A stretch of 64,000 nucleotides of DNA from NCBI RefSeq assembly GCF_053078305.1, contig NZ_CP166879.1. One strand, given 5' to 3'. The position numbers were made by a program, and so were the translations under genes. Shown piece after piece: positions 19,372 to 28,949 of this stretch. The notes under the pieces are model-generated. The model saw only the letters and a list, made by a program, of their open reading frames with translations, made no database searches and was not told where the DNA came from. Position 1 is the stretch's first letter. Each line of letters begins with the position of its first letter.

Positions 19372-21087
19372 ATGAATTCGTTACAAATCTTGAGTTTTGT
19401 CGGTTTTACGCTGCTGGTGGCGATCATCACCTGGTGGAAGGTTCGCAAAACAGATACCGGATCGCAACAAGGCTATTTTCTTGCCGGACGTTCACTAAAA
19501 GCGCCGGTTATTGCCGCTTCGTTAATGTTAACCAACCTTTCCACGGAACAACTGGTTGGTCTTTCCGGGCAGGCCTACAAAAGCGGCATGTCGGTGATGG
19601 GCTGGGAAGTGACTTCAGCGGTGACGCTGATCTTCCTCGCGCTAATCTTTTTACCGCGCTATCTGAAGCGCGGCATTGCCACCATCCCCGATTTTCTGGA
19701 GGAACGTTATGATAAAACGACGCGTATTATCATCGACTTCTGCTTCCTCATTGCCACCGGCGTCTGCTTTCTGCCGATTGTTCTCTACTCCGGCGCGTTG
19801 GCGCTCAACAGCCTGTTTCACGTCGGGGAATCGCTACAGATTTCTCACGGTGCGGCTATCTGGCTACTGGTAATTTTGCTTGGTCTGGCGGGAATTTTGT
19901 ATGCGGTGATCGGCGGACTGCGCGCAATGGCAGTGGCGGACTCCATCAACGGTATTGGGCTGGTTATCGGCGGGTTGATGGTGCCGGTATTTGGCCTGAT
20001 CGCGATGGGCAAGGGCAGCTTTATGCAGGGCATTGAGCAAATTACCACCGTTCACGCCGAGAAATTAAACTCAGTCGGTGGCCCGACCGATCCCTTGCCG
20101 ATTGGCGCGGCATTTACCGGTTTAATTCTGGTGAACACCTTTTACTGGTGTACAAATCAGGGCATCGTGCAACGCACGCTGGCGTCAAAAAGCCTGGCGG
20201 AAGGGCAAAAGGGGGCGCTGTTAACGGCGGTGCTGAAAATGCTCGACCCGCTGGTACTGGTGCTGCCAGGGTTGATTGCGTTTCATCTGTATCAGGATCT
20301 ACCGAAAGCCGACATGGCCTACCCGACGCTGGTCAATAACGTTCTGCCAGTGCCACTGGTGGGTTTCTTCGGCGCGGTGTTATTTGGTGCGGTGATCAGT
20401 ACCTTCAACGGCTTTCTGAATAGCGCCAGTACGTTATTCAGTATGGGTATTTACCGTCGCATCATTAACCAGAATGCCGAGCCGCAGCAGCTGGTCACCG
20501 TCGGGCGCAAATTTGGTTTCTTTATCGCTATCGTTTCGGTGCTGGTAGCGCCGTGGATCGCCAACGCGCCGCAGGGGCTGTATAGCTGGATGAAACAGCT
20601 CAACGGCATTTACAACGTGCCGCTGGTTACCATCATCATTATGGGCTTTTTCTTCCCGCGCATCCCGGCGCTGGCGGCAAAAGTGGCGATGGGGATTGGC
20701 ATAATCAGCTACATCACCATCAACTATCTGGTGAAGTTCGACTTCCATTTCCTCTATGTGCTGGCCTGTACGTTCTGCATCAACGTGGTCGTGATGCTGG
20801 TGATCGGTTTTATCAAACCGCGCGCCACGCCGTTCACCTTCAAAGATGCGTTTGCGGTGGACATGAAACCGTGGAAAAACGTCAAGATCGCGTCAATTGG
20901 CATCCTGTTCGCGATGATTGGCGTCTATGCCGGGCTGGCTGAATTCGGCGGCTACGGTACGCGCTGGTTAGCGATGATCAGTTATTTCATTGCCGCCGTA
21001 GTGATTGTCTACCTGATTTTTGACAGCTGGCGGCATCGTCACGACCCAGCCGTAACCTTTACTCCCGATGCAAAGGATAGCCTATGA
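19372..21087 (+). CDS. yidK: sodium:solute symporter family transporter YidK
   Basis: 571-aa polytopic membrane ORF; conserved yidLKJ neighbourhood. Confidence 0.85.
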   Translation: MNSLQILSFVGFTLLVAIITWWKVRKTDTGSQQGYFLAGRSLKAPVIAASLMLTNLSTEQLVGLSGQAYKSGMSVMGWEVTSAVTLIFLALIFLPRYLKRGIATIPDFLEERYDKTTRIIIDFCFLIATGVCFLPIVLYSGALALNSLFHVGESLQISHGAAIWLLVILLGLAGILYAVIGGLRAMAVADSINGIGLVIGGLMVPVFGLIAMGKGSFMQGIEQITTVHAEKLNSVGGPTDPLPIGAAFTGLILVNTFYWCTNQGIVQRTLASKSLAEGQKGALLTAVLKMLDPLVLVLPGLIAFHLYQDLPKADMAYPTLVNNVLPVPLVGFFGAVLFGAVISTFNGFLNSASTLFSMGIYRRIINQNAEPQQLVTVGRKFGFFIAIVSVLVAPWIANAPQGLYSWMKQLNGIYNVPLVTIIIMGFFFPRIPALAAKVAMGIGIISYITINYLVKFDFHFLYVLACTFCINVVVMLVIGFIKPRATPFTFKDAFAVDMKPWKNVKIASIGILFAMIGVYAGLAEFGGYGTRWLAMISYFIAAVVIVYLIFDSWRHRHDPAVTFTPDAKDSL

Positions 21088-22577
21088 AACGCCCCAATTT
21101 TCTGTTCATCATGACCGATACCCAGGCCACTAATATGGTCGGTTGCTATAGCGGTAAGCCGCTGAATACGCAAAATATTGATAGTCTGGCGGCGGAAGGT
21201 ATTCGCTTTAACTCCGCCTACACCTGTTCACCGGTTTGTACACCGGCGCGCGCCGGGCTGTTTACCGGTATCTACGCTAACCAGTCCGGCCCGTGGACCA
21301 ACAACGTCGCGCCAGGCAAAAACATTTCCACTATGGGGCGCTACTTTAAGGATGCGGGCTATCACACCTGTTACATCGGCAAATGGCATCTCGACGGTCA
21401 TGACTATTTCGGCACTGGCGAGTGTCCGCCGGAGTGGGACGCTGATTACTGGTTCGATGGGGCGAACTATCTTAGCGAACTGACGGAGAAAGAGATTAGC
21501 CTGTGGCGCAATGGCCTAAACAGCGTTGAGGATTTACAGGCGAACCATATCGACGAAACCTTCACCTGGGCGCACCGCATCAGCAATCGGGCGGTGGATT
21601 TTCTGCAACAGCCCGCGCGCACCGAGGAACCCTTCCTGATGGTGGTTTCGTATGATGAGCCGCATCACCCGTTCACCTGTCCGGTGGAGTATTTAGAGAA
21701 ATACGCTGATTTTTACTACCAACTGGGCGAGAAAGCACAGGATGACCTGGCGAACAAACCAGAACATCACCGCTTATGGGCGCAGGCGATGCCATCGCCA
21801 GTCGGTGATGACGGGCTTTATCACCATCCGCTCTATTTTGCCTGTAATGACTTTGTTGATGACCAAATCGGACGGGTCATCAATGCCTTAACGCCAGAGC
21901 AACGTGAAAATACGTGGGTTATTTATACCTCCGATCACGGCGAAATGATGGGCGCACATAAGCTGATCAGTAAAGGAGCGGCGATGTATGACGACATCAC
22001 CCGTATTCCGCTGATCATCCGTTCGCCGCAAGGGGAGCGGCGACAGGTCAATACGCCAGTCAGTCATATCGATTTACTGCCGACAATGATGGCGCTGGCA
22101 GATATTGAAAAACCAGAGATTCTGCCGGGGGAAAATATCCTTGCCGTGAAAGAGCCACGCGGCGTGATGGTGGAATTTAACCGCTATGAGATTGAGCATG
22201 ACAGCTTTGGCGGTTTTATTCCGGTGCGTTGCTGGGTGACGGATGACTTTAAACTGGTGCTCAACCTCTTCACCAGTGATGAACTTTACGATCGCCGTAA
22301 TGATCCAAATGAAATGCATAACCTGATCGATGATGCCCATTTTGCCGACGTTCGCAGCAAAATGCATGATGCCTTATTGGATTATATGGACAAAATTCGC
22401 GATCCGTTCCGCAGTTACCAATGGAGCCTGCGTCCGTGGCGTAAAGATGCACAGCCGCGCTGGATGGGGGCATTTCGTCCACGCCCACAAGATGGTTATT
22501 CGCCAGTGGTACGCGACTATGACACCGGCCTGCCGACACAAGGGGTGAAGGTGGAAGAGAAAAAACAGAAGTTCTGA
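21084..22577 (+). CDS. yidJ: sulfatase YidJ
   Basis: 497-aa ORF with sulfatase signature CSPVCTPARAGLFTG. Confidence 0.85.
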   Translation: MKRPNFLFIMTDTQATNMVGCYSGKPLNTQNIDSLAAEGIRFNSAYTCSPVCTPARAGLFTGIYANQSGPWTNNVAPGKNISTMGRYFKDAGYHTCYIGKWHLDGHDYFGTGECPPEWDADYWFDGANYLSELTEKEISLWRNGLNSVEDLQANHIDETFTWAHRISNRAVDFLQQPARTEEPFLMVVSYDEPHHPFTCPVEYLEKYADFYYQLGEKAQDDLANKPEHHRLWAQAMPSPVGDDGLYHHPLYFACNDFVDDQIGRVINALTPEQRENTWVIYTSDHGEMMGAHKLISKGAAMYDDITRIPLIIRSPQGERRQVNTPVSHIDLLPTMMALADIEKPEILPGENILAVKEPRGVMVEFNRYEIEHDSFGGFIPVRCWVTDDFKLVLNLFTSDELYDRRNDPNEMHNLIDDAHFADVRSKMHDALLDYMDKIRDPFRSYQWSLRPWRKDAQPRWMGAFRPRPQDGYSPVVRDYDTGLPTQGVKVEEKKQKF

Positions 22578-22623
22578 CGATAATGCCCGCTGATGAACTC
22601 CCGGCGGGCATTATTCAGGCTGC

Positions 22624-23073
22624 TTAAACCAGTGAACCGCCAGTCAGGAAGGAAAAGATAAGGAATATCAGCAAAATGCTGCACACGATGCCGATACCAA
22701 AAAGCAAGGTATGGAAAGCCAGCGTCCCGCCGCCAAAAACCAGCGCGCCGCGAATGCCCCAGCGATTTTCCTTACGCATACCGCCAATAAATGCGCAAAG
22801 TAGCGCAGCAATGGCCAGTGCGATACCGCTTTGATCGAGGATTTTATCGACATCCACGTCCTCTTTTCTCTCCACGGTGGTAATTTTTTCGCCTTTTATT
22901 CCGGCGAGAAGACCTCTTTTAATTTCAGCCGTTTTGTCCGCCACGATGCTTTCAAGCGTTGGCGGTGGTGCGGAAAAAGGGCCGAATGAAAAGTGGATAA
23001 TCCCCATCATTAAAGCGATGGCACCGAACAGCATGCCCAATGAACTGATTTTATTTTGCGCTATGATACCCAT
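22624..23073 (-). CDS. yidI: inner membrane protein YidI
   Basis: 149-aa hydrophobic ORF in conserved position. Confidence 0.7.
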   Translation of the reverse strand: MGIIAQNKISSLGMLFGAIALMMGIIHFSFGPFSAPPPTLESIVADKTAEIKRGLLAGIKGEKITTVERKEDVDVDKILDQSGIALAIAALLCAFIGGMRKENRWGIRGALVFGGGTLAFHTLLFGIGIVCSILLIFLIFSFLTGGSLV

Positions 23074-23181
23074 CTGACCTCCTTGTAGCGGATGGCAAAA
23101 GCATATCAGGAAACGGGCGGACGAAATTCTTAAAAAAAACCGCTAAAGGTAGAGCGTTAGTGAAATTGCAAAGGAGCAACA

Positions 23182-23529
23182 ATGAAAATTTCCCGCCTCG
23201 GAGAAGCGCCTGATTACCGCTTCTCGCTGGCTAATGAGCGTACTTTTCTGGCGTGGATCCGTACTGCACTAGGATTTCTGGCGGCGGGGGTTGGGCTTGA
23301 TCAACTTGCGCCAGATTTCGCCACGCCCGTCATTCGCGAACTGCTGGCGTTGTTGTTGTGTCTGTTTTCCGGCGGGTTAGCGATGTATGGCTACTTGCGC
23401 TGGTTACGCAATGAAAAAGCGATGCGTCTGAAAGAGGACCTGCCCTACACCAACAGCTTATTAATCATCAGCTTAATATTGATGGTCGTAGCAGTGATCG
23501 TTATGGGACTGGTGTTGTATGCCGGATAG
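23182..23529 (+). CDS. yidH: DUF202 inner membrane protein YidH
   Basis: 115-aa ORF; overlaps yidG start. Confidence 0.7.
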   Translation: MKISRLGEAPDYRFSLANERTFLAWIRTALGFLAAGVGLDQLAPDFATPVIRELLALLLCLFSGGLAMYGYLRWLRNEKAMRLKEDLPYTNSLLIISLILMVVAVIVMGLVLYAG

Positions 23530-23881
23530 CCGCAAAGCCAGACGCATTGCCGACCCAGGGCTGCAGCCGGAGCGTACATCACTGGCGTGGTTTCGTACCA
23601 TGCTGGGCTACGGCGCGTTGATGGCGTTGGCTATCAAACACAACTGGCACCAGGCGGGCATGTTATTCTGGATTTCGATTGGCATCCTCGCCATCGTGGC
23701 GCTGATCCTCTGGCACTACACCCGTAATCGCAATTTAATGGATGTCACGAATAGCGATTTTTCCCAATTTCACGTAGTCCGTGACAAATTTTTGATCTCC
23801 CTCGCGGTGTTATCTCTCGCAATACTGTTTGCTGTAACGCATATACATCAACTTATCGTATTTATTGAGAGAGTCGCATGA
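23519..23881 (+). CDS. yidG: inner membrane protein YidG
   Basis: 120-aa ORF translationally coupled to yidH and yidF. Confidence 0.7.
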   Translation: MPDSRKARRIADPGLQPERTSLAWFRTMLGYGALMALAIKHNWHQAGMLFWISIGILAIVALILWHYTRNRNLMDVTNSDFSQFHVVRDKFLISLAVLSLAILFAVTHIHQLIVFIERVA

Positions 23882-24375
23882 CAGGAAGTCAGGTCATTGA
23901 TGCTGAAGAGGACAGGCATAAACTGGTTGTAGAGTATAAGGATACTCTGCAACCTGCCGATTTTTATCACAATTTCAAACAGCGGGGCATCCGCTCCGTA
24001 CAGCTTATTCCCCATCTTGAATTTGATGACCGGGGCGATATGACGGCCGCTTCGGTGACAGCAGAGCTGTGGGGGAAATTTTTAATTGCCCTGTTCGAGT
24101 GTTGGGTGCGGGCAGATATCAGTCGTATCTCGATTGAGCTATTTGACTCCACCCTACAAAAATGGTGTGGCAGCGAAAACCCGCACCCGCGCCGTGACTG
24201 CCAGGCGTGCGACTGGCATCGGCTGTGTCCGCACGCTCGGGAGGAGACGCCAGACAGCATGCTATGTGCGGGCTATCAGGCGTTTTATTCTTACTCCGCA
24301 CCGCATATGCGGGTGATGCGTGATCTGATAAAGCAGCATCGTTCTCCCATGGAGCTGATGACGATGCTGCGATGA
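23878..24375 (+). CDS. yidF: YidF, short radical-SAM-like/sulfatase-maturase-related protein
   Basis: 165-aa Cys-rich ORF; conserved position next to emrD. Confidence 0.7.
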   Translation: MTGSQVIDAEEDRHKLVVEYKDTLQPADFYHNFKQRGIRSVQLIPHLEFDDRGDMTAASVTAELWGKFLIALFECWVRADISRISIELFDSTLQKWCGSENPHPRRDCQACDWHRLCPHAREETPDSMLCAGYQAFYSYSAPHMRVMRDLIKQHRSPMELMTMLR

Positions 24376-24382
24376 TGTGCGC

Positions 24383-25567
24383 TTAAACGGGCTGCCCCTG
24401 ATGCGACATCCGCGTTGCCAGCGGTAGCCAGCACAGCACGATCAACAATCCCATTAAGGTCATCAACAACCCCAGGCTGCCCTGACCGGTTTGCGGCAAC
24501 ATCGCTGATAGCGACGCCAGCACGCCGGAACCAATGTTTTGCAGACCACCGACCAGCGCGCCAGCCGTGCCCGCCAGGAAGGGGAACGGCTCCATCGCGC
24601 CGCTGGTCGCCAGCGGAAACAGCATCCCGGCACCGAAAAAGAACAGCGCGGCGGGAACAAGCAGCGTCCAGACATTCATCACGCCAAACCAGTCGGGGAT
24701 CCACATCAGCAAGCCAGCCAGCAGGCAGCAGATAACCGACTGCCACATCAACGTTGAGAAGCGTTTATTGGGACGTCCGGCAAACCATGCCCCAAAAAAT
24801 GCCGCCGGAATCGGCAGAATAAACAAAATACTGACCGTCATACTGCTCAGCCCTAACACCGCGCCCATCAGCACGCCGGAGCAGGCTTCAAAGGCGGCAA
24901 TCCCGGCCAGACCGCCAATCAGCATCAGCAAATAACAGTTAAAACCGCCGTTACCGAAAAGCGTTTTATAACTGGTAAGCAGGCGCGTGCGCGGTGCATC
25001 GACCGGACGCGTTTCCGGCATCCAGCGGGCCATACTGAAGGTCACGCCAGCACAAAGAACCAACAAAAAGAGATAACAGGCGCGCCAGTTCCACATCGTA
25101 TCCAGCAGACCGCCGATTAGCGGTGCGAGCAACGGACTAACAAGAATCCCCATGTTTAACAGGCTGTTAGCATGGCGCAACTGTGTCCGTTCATATAAAT
25201 CACGCGGCAAAGTACGCGCCATTACGCCGCCAACGCCGGTGCCCATCCCCTGCATCGCGCTGGCGGCAATCAATACCGTCAAACTGGAGGTCGTGACCGC
25301 GACCAGCGTTGCCAGCATAAAAATGGACATTCCGACGAGGATCACCGGTCGGCGACCCACACGGTCGGAAATCGGGCCATAAAACAGCTGTGAGACACCG
25401 TAAGTCAGCAGATAAGCGCCCATTACGCTCTGCACCGCCCCTTCACGGACGTTGAGATCGCGCGCCATATCGGCAATAGCTGGAATATAAATGGTTTGCG
25501 CCATCTGACCGACGGCCACGAGTAATACCAACATCAATAACAAATTGACGTTTCTATGCCTTTTCAT
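24383..25567 (-). CDS. emrD: MFS multidrug efflux pump EmrD
   Basis: 394 aa from MKRHRNVNLLLMLVLLVAVGQMAQ; ORF 24383..25573 with start two codons in. Confidence 0.9.
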   Translation of the reverse strand: MKRHRNVNLLLMLVLLVAVGQMAQTIYIPAIADMARDLNVREGAVQSVMGAYLLTYGVSQLFYGPISDRVGRRPVILVGMSIFMLATLVAVTTSSLTVLIAASAMQGMGTGVGGVMARTLPRDLYERTQLRHANSLLNMGILVSPLLAPLIGGLLDTMWNWRACYLFLLVLCAGVTFSMARWMPETRPVDAPRTRLLTSYKTLFGNGGFNCYLLMLIGGLAGIAAFEACSGVLMGAVLGLSSMTVSILFILPIPAAFFGAWFAGRPNKRFSTLMWQSVICCLLAGLLMWIPDWFGVMNVWTLLVPAALFFFGAGMLFPLATSGAMEPFPFLAGTAGALVGGLQNIGSGVLASLSAMLPQTGQGSLGLLMTLMGLLIVLCWLPLATRMSHQGQPV

Positions 25568-25799
25568 TATCACGGATGCTTTTATAAAAATAATTAGAAT
25601 AAGTCACTACGCATTCCCATAAATGCGGGAGAGGAATCTATCACATTGATGAATGTTAGCCAGATATGTGCCAGGAATGGCGAAAAGAAAAACGGCAGAA
25701 TATGTAAACAAAAGCGGCAATAAATGTTGCCGGAAGGGATGGTAAGTCGGATAAGATGCGTCAGCATCGCATCCGACACCAACCCACAAGCAGAATATA

Positions 25800-25830
25800 A
25801 AAGGGGAGCGGTTTCCCGCTCCCCTTTGGT
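25800..25830 (-). terminator. rho-independent terminator of tisAB
   Basis: perfect palindrome aaaggggagcgg ttt cccgctcccctttt just downstream of the tisB stop on the minus strand. Confidence 0.75.
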
Positions 25831-25846
25831 GCGATTTGAATCTGAA

Positions 25847-25936
25847 TTACTTCAGGTATTTCAGAACAGCATCAAGTAGTTGCAGTGCTGCAACAATGAG
25901 TTTGAGGATAAGAATGGCGATATCCACCAGGCTCAT
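25847..25936 (-). CDS. tisB: type I toxin TisB (29-aa membrane peptide)
   Basis: hand translation of the minus strand gives MSLVDIAILILKLIVAALQLLDAVLKYLK; not in the ORF track because it is under 60 aa. Confidence 0.88.
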   Translation of the reverse strand: MSLVDIAILILKLIVAALQLLDAVLKYLK

Positions 25937-26172
25937 ACGCGTCTCCTGTGGTTCAGGAGCACTGCCAGCTGACGTACCTTTCCGCTGCCTGTTGCCAGCT
26001 GTTGTGCACGCGGTATCTCAAGGAGAAACGTTGTGCTTGTTGACATAACACAGTGTGCTCACGCGGGGTTAAGGCGCTGACGGCACCACCCGTTTCAGCC
26101 AGGACTTAGTGCGCCGGGTAACGATGCGGCCCCCGCATAACACATTGCGTACAGTGATATTATAGAAGTTTA

Positions 26173-26188
26173 CTGTATAAATAAACAG
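26173..26188. promoter_or_regulatory. LexA box (SOS operator) in the tisAB / istR-2 divergent promoter region
   Basis: CTGTATAAATAAACAG matches CTGT-N8-ACAG. Confidence 0.8.
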
Positions 26189-26296
26189 TAATATTTGGAC
26201 AAAACGCAAACTGTGATCGATACTCATCTATGCACTAAATACGTCAAAATTCGTGCCGAAATTGCGCGTTCTGCGCGGAACACGTATACTTTCAGT

Positions 26297-26368
26297 GTTG
26301 ACATAATACAGTGTGCTTTGCGGTTACCAGCCGCAGGCAGCTGACGAAACCTCGCTCCGGCGGGGTTT
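26297..26368 (+). ncRNA. istR: IstR-1 antisense small RNA (antitoxin of tisB)
   Basis: -10-like tatact at 26285..26290, then about 70 nt ending in a hairpin plus U run; its 5' part (gttgacataatacagtgtgct) repeats at 26037..26060 inside the tisAB leader, which makes the two transcripts complementary; ends are approximate. Confidence 0.55.
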
Positions 26369-26500
26369 TTTGTTACCTGCAATTCAGTATAAAACGTGAT
26401 CAACCCCTCAATTTTCCCTTGCTGAAAAATTTTCCATTGTCTCCCCTGTAAAGCTGTGCTTGTATAAATATTGTTAAACACAAAACCAACAAGGTCCCCA

Positions 26501-26599
26501 ATGACTACTTCCATGTTCAACGCAAAGCTACTACCAACTGCGCCATCCGCCGCAGTGGTCGTCGTGCGTGTGGTGGTGGTCGTCGGCAATGCGCCGTAG
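26501..26599 (+). CDS. ivbL: ilvB operon leader peptide
   Basis: 32-aa peptide MTTSMFNAKLLPTAPSAAVVVVRVVVVVGNAP, rich in Val/Leu. Confidence 0.88.
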   Translation: MTTSMFNAKLLPTAPSAAVVVVRVVVVVGNAP

Positions 26600-26622
26600 G
26601 GACTGGAACAACACACGATTCC

Positions 26623-26658
26623 AAAACCCCGCCGGCGCAAACCGGGCGGGGTTTTTCG
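26623..26658 (+). terminator. ilvBN transcription attenuator
   Basis: ccccgccggcgcaaaccgggcgggg hairpin followed by TTTTT between ivbL and ilvB. Confidence 0.8.
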
Positions 26659-26704
26659 TTTAAGCACCTCCCGGAAAGTCGGCCCAGAAAAAAAGGACTG
26701 GAGC

Positions 26705-28393
26705 ATGGCAAGTTCGGGCACAACATCGACGCGTAAGCGCTTTACCGGCGCAGAATTTATCGTTCATTTCCTGGAACAGCAGGGCATTAAGATTGTGACG
26801 GGCATTCCGGGCGGTTCTATCCTGCCTGTTTACGATGCCTTAAGCCAAAGCACGCAAATCCGCCATATTCTGGCTCGCCATGAACAGGGCGCGGGGTTTA
26901 TCGCTCAGGGAATGGCGCGCACCGACGGTAAACCGGCGGTCTGTATGGCCTGTAGCGGGCCGGGTGCGACTAACCTGGTGACCGCCATTGCCGATGCGCG
27001 GCTGGACTCCATCCCGCTGATTTGCATCACTGGTCAGGTTCCCGCCTCGATGATCGGCACCGACGCCTTCCAGGAAGTGGACACCTACGGCATCTCTATC
27101 CCCATCACCAAACACAACTATCTGGTCAGACATATCGAAGAACTCCCGCAGGTCATGAGCGATGCCTTTCGCATTGCGCAATCAGGCCGCCCTGGCCCGG
27201 TGTGGATAGACATTCCTAAGGATGTACAAACGGCGGTTTTTGAGATTGAAGAACAGCCCGCTGTGGCAGAAAAAGCCGCCGCGCCCGCCTTTAGCGAAGA
27301 AAGCATTCGTGAAGCTGCGGCAATGATCAACGCCGCCAAACGCCCGGTGCTTTATCTGGGGGGCGGTGTTATTAACGCGCCCGCGCGGGTGCGTGAACTG
27401 GCGGAGAAAGCGCAGCTGCCTACCACCATGACCTTAATGGCGCTGGGCATGTTGCCAAAAGCGCATCCGCTGTCGCTGGGTATGCTGGGGATGCACGGCG
27501 TGCGCAGCACCAACTATATTTTGCAGGAGGCGGATTTGTTGATTGTGCTCGGTGCGCGTTTTGATGACCGGGCGATTGGCAAAACCGAGCAGTTCTGCCC
27601 GAATGCCAAAATTATTCATGTCGATATCGACCGCGCAGAGCTGGGTAAAATCAAGCAACCGCATGTGGCGATTCAGGCGGATGTTGATGACGTGCTGGCG
27701 CAGTTGATCCCGCTGGTGGAAGCGCAACCGCGTGCAGAGTGGCACCAGTTGGTGGCGGATTTGCAGCGCGAATTTCCGTGTCCAATCCCGAAAGCGTGCG
27801 ATCCATTAAGCCATTACGGCCTGATCAACGCCGTTGCCGCCTGTGTCGATGACAATGCGATTATCACCACCGACGTTGGTCAGCATCAGATGTGGACCGC
27901 GCAAGCCTATCCGCTCAATCGCCCACGCCAGTGGCTGACCTCTGGCGGGCTGGGCACGATGGGCTTTGGCCTGCCTGCGGCGATTGGCGCGGCGTTGGCG
28001 AACCCGGATCGCAAAGTGTTGTGTTTCTCCGGCGACGGCAGCCTGATGATGAATATTCAGGAGATGGCGACCGCCAGTGAAAACCAGCTGGATGTCAAAA
28101 TCATTCTGATGAACAACGAAGCGCTGGGGCTGGTGCATCAGCAACAGAGTCTGTTCTACAAGCAGGGCGTTTTTGCCGCTACCTATCCGGGAAAAATCAA
28201 CTTTATGCAGATTGCCGCCGGATTCGGCCTCGAAACCTGTGATTTGAATAACGAAGCCGATCCGCAGGCTGCATTGCAAGAAATCATCAATCGCCCTGGT
28301 CCGGCGCTGATCCATGTGCGTATTGATGCCGAAGAAAAAGTGTACCCGATGGTGCCGCCAGGTGCGGCGAATACTGAAATGGTGGGGGAATAA
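26705..28393 (+). CDS. ilvB: acetolactate synthase I large subunit
   Basis: 562-aa thiamine-diphosphate enzyme starting MASSGTTSTRKRFTGAEFIVHFLEQQGIK. Confidence 0.97.
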   Translation: MASSGTTSTRKRFTGAEFIVHFLEQQGIKIVTGIPGGSILPVYDALSQSTQIRHILARHEQGAGFIAQGMARTDGKPAVCMACSGPGATNLVTAIADARLDSIPLICITGQVPASMIGTDAFQEVDTYGISIPITKHNYLVRHIEELPQVMSDAFRIAQSGRPGPVWIDIPKDVQTAVFEIEEQPAVAEKAAAPAFSEESIREAAAMINAAKRPVLYLGGGVINAPARVRELAEKAQLPTTMTLMALGMLPKAHPLSLGMLGMHGVRSTNYILQEADLLIVLGARFDDRAIGKTEQFCPNAKIIHVDIDRAELGKIKQPHVAIQADVDDVLAQLIPLVEAQPRAEWHQLVADLQREFPCPIPKACDPLSHYGLINAVAACVDDNAIITTDVGQHQMWTAQAYPLNRPRQWLTSGGLGTMGFGLPAAIGAALANPDRKVLCFSGDGSLMMNIQEMATASENQLDVKIILMNNEALGLVHQQQSLFYKQGVFAATYPGKINFMQIAAGFGLETCDLNNEADPQAALQEIINRPGPALIHVRIDAEEKVYPMVPPGAANTEMVGE

Positions 28394-28396
28394 GCC

Positions 28397-28687
28397 ATGC
28401 AAAACACAACTCATGACAACGTGATTCTGGAACTCACCGTTCGCAACCATCCGGGCGTAATGACCCACGTTTGTGGCCTTTTTGCCCGTCGCGCTTTTAA
28501 CGTTGAGGGCATTCTTTGCTTGCCGATTCAGGACAGCGACAAAAGCCACATTTGGCTACTGGTCAATGACGACCAGCGTCTGGAGCAGATGATAAGCCAG
28601 ATAGACAAGCTGGAAGATGTGGTGAAAGTGCAGCGTAATCAGTCCGATCCGACGATGTTTAACAAGATTGCGGTGTTTTTTCAGTAA
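28397..28687 (+). CDS. ilvN: acetolactate synthase I small (regulatory) subunit
   Basis: 96-aa ACT-domain ORF immediately after ilvB. Confidence 0.95.
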
Positions 28688-28949
28688 GGAGCGACATTAA
28701 ACCGCTCGGGGGGGTACTGATGAGCGATTTTTGATAGATCCGTTCAGATATATAGGGTGAAATTGTGCCAGAGACTATCTCAGGCACAATTTATTAGCCC
28801 TGAATGTTAATTTAAGTCGCTGCACCAGTAATTTGGGGGTTCACAGTTAGGGCTAAAATTTCCAGCGATGGTGTTAAATTCTGATTGCTGTCTATACCAA
28901 TGGTCATGACCAGCATTCTATTAATTAATGGTTCATCGTGAGGTATATT

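Noticed and set aside
26224-26721. 165-aa minus-strand ORF spanning the istR and ivbL region
   Set aside because: It overlaps the IstR small RNA, the ivbL leader and attenuator, and the ilvB start. A Thr/Arg-rich translation of the antisense strand of the Val-codon run is not plausible as a gene.
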